Below are positions 60,403 to 64,000 of a stretch of 64,000 nt of DNA, piece after piece (positions within the stretch are counted from its first letter, which is position 1; every line of letters begins with the position of its first letter). The notes beneath the pieces are model-generated. The model was not told the origin of the DNA. It worked only from the letters and a program-made list of their open reading frames with translations, and did not search any database. The position numbers and the translations under genes are program-made. Source of the stretch: a virus; IMG/VR virus record IMGVR_UViG_3300037070_001066, positions 32,001-96,000 of that record; one strand, given 5' to 3'.

Positions 60403-61395
60403 TTAGCATAAACGCTTAAAGTCCCATTTTGTTCCTCCTGCTGGTCCTGTTACTCTTATTTTTACTGTATTATTAATATTAAAATCTGCTGTTGTGTATT
60501 TCCACCAAATAAGTTGAGTATAAAGACCTCCTGGCCAAGGTATAGTAGATCCAGTTTCTGCTCTATATTCAGCTTCTCTTGATGGAGTATTTCCACTATG
60601 AACATTACTTTCTGAACCAATAAACTGTGGTACATTTCTTGATTGACTAGTTTGTGGAATATTGTTACTAGGCTCTGTTCCCCATGAATTGTCAAAAGGT
60701 CCTGCATTTGTTCCTGTCATCCCAGATGTTGCTTTTTTAACTCCATTATGTATTATTTCTATTTTATCAGGTTCCTGATTTGGATTCATAGCAATAGTAA
60801 TAAATCCTCCTCCTTGAGATAGCCCAATACTTGTATCTTGAATACCTTCTCCTCCAGAAGGAGTAACTGTATTACATCCAGCATCAACTAATGATGTCAT
60901 AGTTATTGGATTACTAAACCCAGTACTACCAGTTTTAATTGCCCTGATTTGATAATTATAAGGTGTGCCTGACACTACTGCATTATCAGTATAACTTCCT
61001 GTTGAAGCGGATACTGTAGTAAGTAAGTCACCACCTTTAAAAATTTGATAAAAAGTAACACCTCTTGTTGAATTAGGCACTAAATCCCATGAAAAAGATA
61101 ATGACGTATAGTTAACTGCGCCTGCAGTTAAATTGAATGAAACTAATTCAACAGGACCAACAGTTATTTGTATAGCACCTGCCAAGATACAATCATATGC
61201 AGGATTAGGTGGATAACACCACCAATCATCAGGAAGAATATATGGACCTCCTTGATTAGCTTTAAGTTTAGGTGTTGAATTAGGCACAGCTAGTGCCCAT
61301 AAAGCACCCCATTCTATGTATTGTACACCAATACCAAGGCCGTTTGGGCCCATTATATCATCTGTACTTATTGGTCCGCTACAATTTAGTGCCAT
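60403..61395 (-). CDS. putative tail-associated protein with fibronectin type III domain
   Basis: LSFSW...V..YQI.......YTD..V..GT.Y.YQIRA FN3 pattern. Confidence 0.65.
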   Translation of the reverse strand: MALNCSGPISTDDIMGPNGLGIGVQYIEWGALWALAVPNSTPKLKANQGGPYILPDDWWCYPPNPAYDCILAGAIQITVGPVELVSFNLTAGAVNYTSLSFSWDLVPNSTRGVTFYQIFKGGDLLTTVSASTGSYTDNAVVSGTPYNYQIRAIKTGSTGFSNPITMTSLVDAGCNTVTPSGGEGIQDTSIGLSQGGGFITIAMNPNQEPDKIEIIHNGVKKATSGMTGTNAGPFDNSWGTEPSNNIPQTSQSRNVPQFIGSESNVHSGNTPSREAEYRAETGSTIPWPGGLYTQLIWWKYTTADFNINNTVKIRVTGPAGGTKWDFKRLC

Positions 61396-61396
61396 A

Positions 61397-64000
61397 CTAC
61401 TTAGATTCTAATGTTAATACTCTTTGTTCCAACTCTTTAATCGCTTCAACTAATACAGCAACCATTGCTTGGTAATTAACTGATTTTATTTTTTCTTCTG
61501 AATCATCAGTTTTAACCAACTCAGGAAATACTTTCTCTAAATCTTGTGCAATGAAGCCAATTTGATTTTTATCTTCATTATCAGTTCTATCAAAATTAAC
61601 ACCTTGAGTTTTCAATACTTTTGACAATGAGTTTTCAAGTGGCTTTATGTTTGTTTTTAGTCTAATATCTGAAGAGGCTGTTACTGTTCCATTAACACTA
61701 AGTCCGGAAGCAGTTATAATCATTCTTTGAACAGGTGTGTTCCCAACCCAAAAAGCAATTCCTTGAGCTACAGATGATAAGCCTAAACCAACACCGCTTT
61801 GTGGAAATATACAATAACCTACGCCAGATGGAGGCGCAAGTAAACCACCTCCACTAAATTGTATGTTACCAGTAAAATCAGCAATACCATCATAACTTAA
61901 TCTTAGTCTTTCGCCTCCGTTAACATAAACTATAAAAGGAGCTAGACCATCTCCGTAAAGAACATTTGCGTATGGTATGCTTCCAAGCGATGTTCCTGTA
62001 GAATTATTTTTTCCAAAGTAAAAATTACCATTATCATTTCTTGTATTTATAAAAGACGTTTCTGTAGATTGATTAAAAGTAGCTCCACCATAAACTTGTA
62101 GCTTTCCTCCAATATCAGAAGTCATTCCAATTAAAACATTTCCTGATGAATTAACTCTTAATCTTTCAAGACCAGTTGTATGAATGATAAAATCATTACC
62201 GGTTACCCCTATAAATGGAGTATAAGTTGTATTTGCTGCTTCAAATAATATACCTGATAAATTTGTAGTTCCATTTGTACTAGATAACAACAAAGGTTCA
62301 GAATAAATACCTTTAATATGTAACGACCTATTTGGAGTATCAGTTCCGATACCAACATTACCACCCATTAACGCTAATGAGTTAGTGAAGTTAATATATC
62401 CAGTAGATTTAACACTATCTGTAATTCCAATTTCTGCATAGCCACCAGACGTATTACTTGCTCTTATAGAAGTAGCGCCATCAGTAGGTTTTCTTACATC
62501 AAGTTGAGCTAATGGACTATTAGTTCCAATACCAACACTTCCGTTAGAATTAATAAACATTTTATTACTACCGTTAATATTGAAATACAAAGCCCCTGTA
62601 CCACCTACACTATCAATAGCTGCACCGCCTCCACCTAATGCGTTTAAACGAATAGTTGAACTATATGCACCAGCAGAACTACTAAGAGTTAATATAGCAT
62701 CAGCTGTAGCATGAATATGTAAGTTAGTACTTGGTGTTATAGTTCCAATACCAACATTACCACCTAATGGATTTAAAATTAATTGTCTTGGAACATCAGA
62801 ATTATCAATAACACCTTGTATAGAAGGCTCGCCACCATCAGCACCAAATACCAGTCCTCTATTTGTAGAAGTTGAACTTACTTTAAACCCTAGGTTACTA
62901 GTTGTTGATACGTGAAGTTTGTAAAAAGGTGAATTTGTTCCAATCCCAACATTGGCTCCGTCATCGTACATTACTCCAGTACCTAAATTTGAAGCTGATC
63001 CCCATTTTGCTATATAATTTGGTGACCCAGAACCTGAAGGTTTAGAATTCCAAATTCCTATGTCTGTTGTAGTAACATGTTGAAATGCAACATTATCATT
63101 CTTTCCTGTTAAAGCATCATGAGCAGTTACTCCTACAGAAGAACTTGAAGATGTTGCTGTTATTGGTCTAAAATAGAAATCATTTGGATCTCCTAATAGC
63201 GAACCATTTGCTGGGGTACCAGCTCTTAAATAGAATGTACCTAAAGCTATACTGTCTCCTGCAGGTAATACATCTGCAAATACTGTTGACGTTAAACCAG
63301 CTATTGCATCATCTCTATTTGCAAAGATTGCGTTTACTCCAAATGCAGGAGCATTACTTGTAGAAGCTTTGGTTTGTATAACCATTGTTCCAGTTACAGT
63401 GACAAGTAATTTATATACTTGGTAATTAGTATTTGCAACGGCTCCTGCTCCTACAGTACCTCCAGCATTATACCATTGTGTTGGATTGATAACTGTTGAT
63501 AAAGCAATACTAGTTGCTAATGAAGATAAGTTTGGCAATGCAAATAAGAACTGCATTGGAGTAGGATTAACTGTGTCTGCAATAGTTAAATAGTTTGGGT
63601 CTAATTTGTTGTTAGCATAGTTAATTGAATTCTTACTAAAAGTAACTCCTCTGTTCCCAAATGATATAGATGCTGCTCCAGATGGAACTATTGTTCCTGA
63701 AGAAAGGACAAGTCTGTCTCTATTGTTGACTCTATTATTAGCTAAATCAGGAAAGTATTTAAACGAAACAATGCTATAAACTCCTGCTGTATTTGCAACA
63801 ATCATACGAGCTAGATAACAAGTATCTTGGTCATAAACTTTAGAACCTTGAAATACTGCATTGCCTAACTTGTTTATCCCTACATAGAATACACCTCTTG
63901 TATTAACAGCTAAAGGAGTATTAGTAGCATTAACTACAAATGATTTATTCCCAAAACTTAATAAAAAGTTTGCTATTTTATTTGCAGGAGTATCAACTAC
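61397..64000 (-). CDS. tail fibre/spike with C-terminal peptidase S74 intramolecular chaperone (5' end beyond window)
   Basis: Repeated GNVGIGT..P...LH; SDIRLKTNI, IGFIAQD.E.VFPELV, VNY coiled coil; frame stays open from 63805 to 64000. Confidence 0.88.
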   Translation of the reverse strand, partial: VVDTPANKIANFLLSFGNKSFVVNATNTPLAVNTRGVFYVGINKLGNAVFQGSKVYDQDTCYLARMIVANTAGVYSIVSFKYFPDLANNRVNNRDRLVLSSGTIVPSGAASISFGNRGVTFSKNSINYANNKLDPNYLTIADTVNPTPMQFLFALPNLSSLATSIALSTVINPTQWYNAGGTVGAGAVANTNYQVYKLLVTVTGTMVIQTKASTSNAPAFGVNAIFANRDDAIAGLTSTVFADVLPAGDSIALGTFYLRAGTPANGSLLGDPNDFYFRPITATSSSSSVGVTAHDALTGKNDNVAFQHVTTTDIGIWNSKPSGSGSPNYIAKWGSASNLGTGVMYDDGANVGIGTNSPFYKLHVSTTSNLGFKVSSTSTNRGLVFGADGGEPSIQGVIDNSDVPRQLILNPLGGNVGIGTITPSTNLHIHATADAILTLSSSAGAYSSTIRLNALGGGGAAIDSVGGTGALYFNINGSNKMFINSNGSVGIGTNSPLAQLDVRKPTDGATSIRASNTSGGYAEIGITDSVKSTGYINFTNSLALMGGNVGIGTDTPNRSLHIKGIYSEPLLLSSTNGTTNLSGILFEAANTTYTPFIGVTGNDFIIHTTGLERLRVNSSGNVLIGMTSDIGGKLQVYGGATFNQSTETSFINTRNDNGNFYFGKNNSTGTSLGSIPYANVLYGDGLAPFIVYVNGGERLRLSYDGIADFTGNIQFSGGGLLAPPSGVGYCIFPQSGVGLGLSSVAQGIAFWVGNTPVQRMIITASGLSVNGTVTASSDIRLKTNIKPLENSLSKVLKTQGVNFDRTDNEDKNQIGFIAQDLEKVFPELVKTDDSEEKIKSVNYQAMVAVLVEAIKELEQRVLTLESK

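Noticed and set aside
27021-61475. Short plus-strand ORFs within the virion module
   Set aside because: They are antisense to long structural genes, with Ser/Leu-rich shadow composition
1-64000. Stop-codon reassignment (seen in some crAss-like phages)
   Set aside because: Long genes are intact under code 11, and TAG and TGA end genes at sensible boundaries (e.g. 2738, 12414, 16396, 17097, 26228)
1-64000. tRNA genes, CRISPR arrays, integrase, DGR reverse transcriptase
   Set aside because: No cloverleaf, repeat-spacer array, recombinase or RT motif recognised; intergenic space is minimal

Overview
This AT-rich 64-kb window is part of a crAss-like (Crassvirales-type) podovirus genome that uses the standard genetic code. 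The host is probably a Bacteroidota/Flavobacteriaceae bacterium, inferred from TTTG-N20-TAnnTTTG promoters and A-rich leaders lacking Shine-Dalgarno sequences. The + strand (1-26.1 kb) carries replication and nucleotide-metabolism genes: a PRPP-synthetase-like gene end, DnaB helicase, AAA ATPase, SSB-like protein, primase, resolvase, PD-(D/E)XK nuclease, class II RNR, MazG, metallophosphoesterase and ThyA. It also carries a ~7.7-kb amide-bond ligase/hydrolase cluster: GGCT, ATP-grasp, two C26 amidotransferases, COOH-NH2 ligase, Ntn amidotransferase and amidoligase, with a second GGCT upstream. The - strand (26.2-64 kb) converges on a bidirectional terminator and carries virion genes: three giant ejected cargo proteins including a 3046-aa virion RNA polymerase fused to SLOG and SF1B helicase domains, two more cargo proteins, muzzle/ring/IHF-like tail genes and an S74-chaperone tail fibre. 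Three free-standing GIY-YIG endonuclease genes are present. The most notable observations are (i) the peptide-ligase cluster, whose Ntn enzyme has a hydrophobic leader and a candidate -1 frameshift cassette; (ii) cysteines confined to the facing termini of the three giant cargo proteins, suggesting a head-to-tail disulfide chain; (iii) a structured GUAA-tetraloop RNA upstream of the SSB-like gene; (iv) two apparent pseudo-enzymes; and (v) a three-member paralog family of unknown function. All calls come from motif recognition by eye; no database searches were run.
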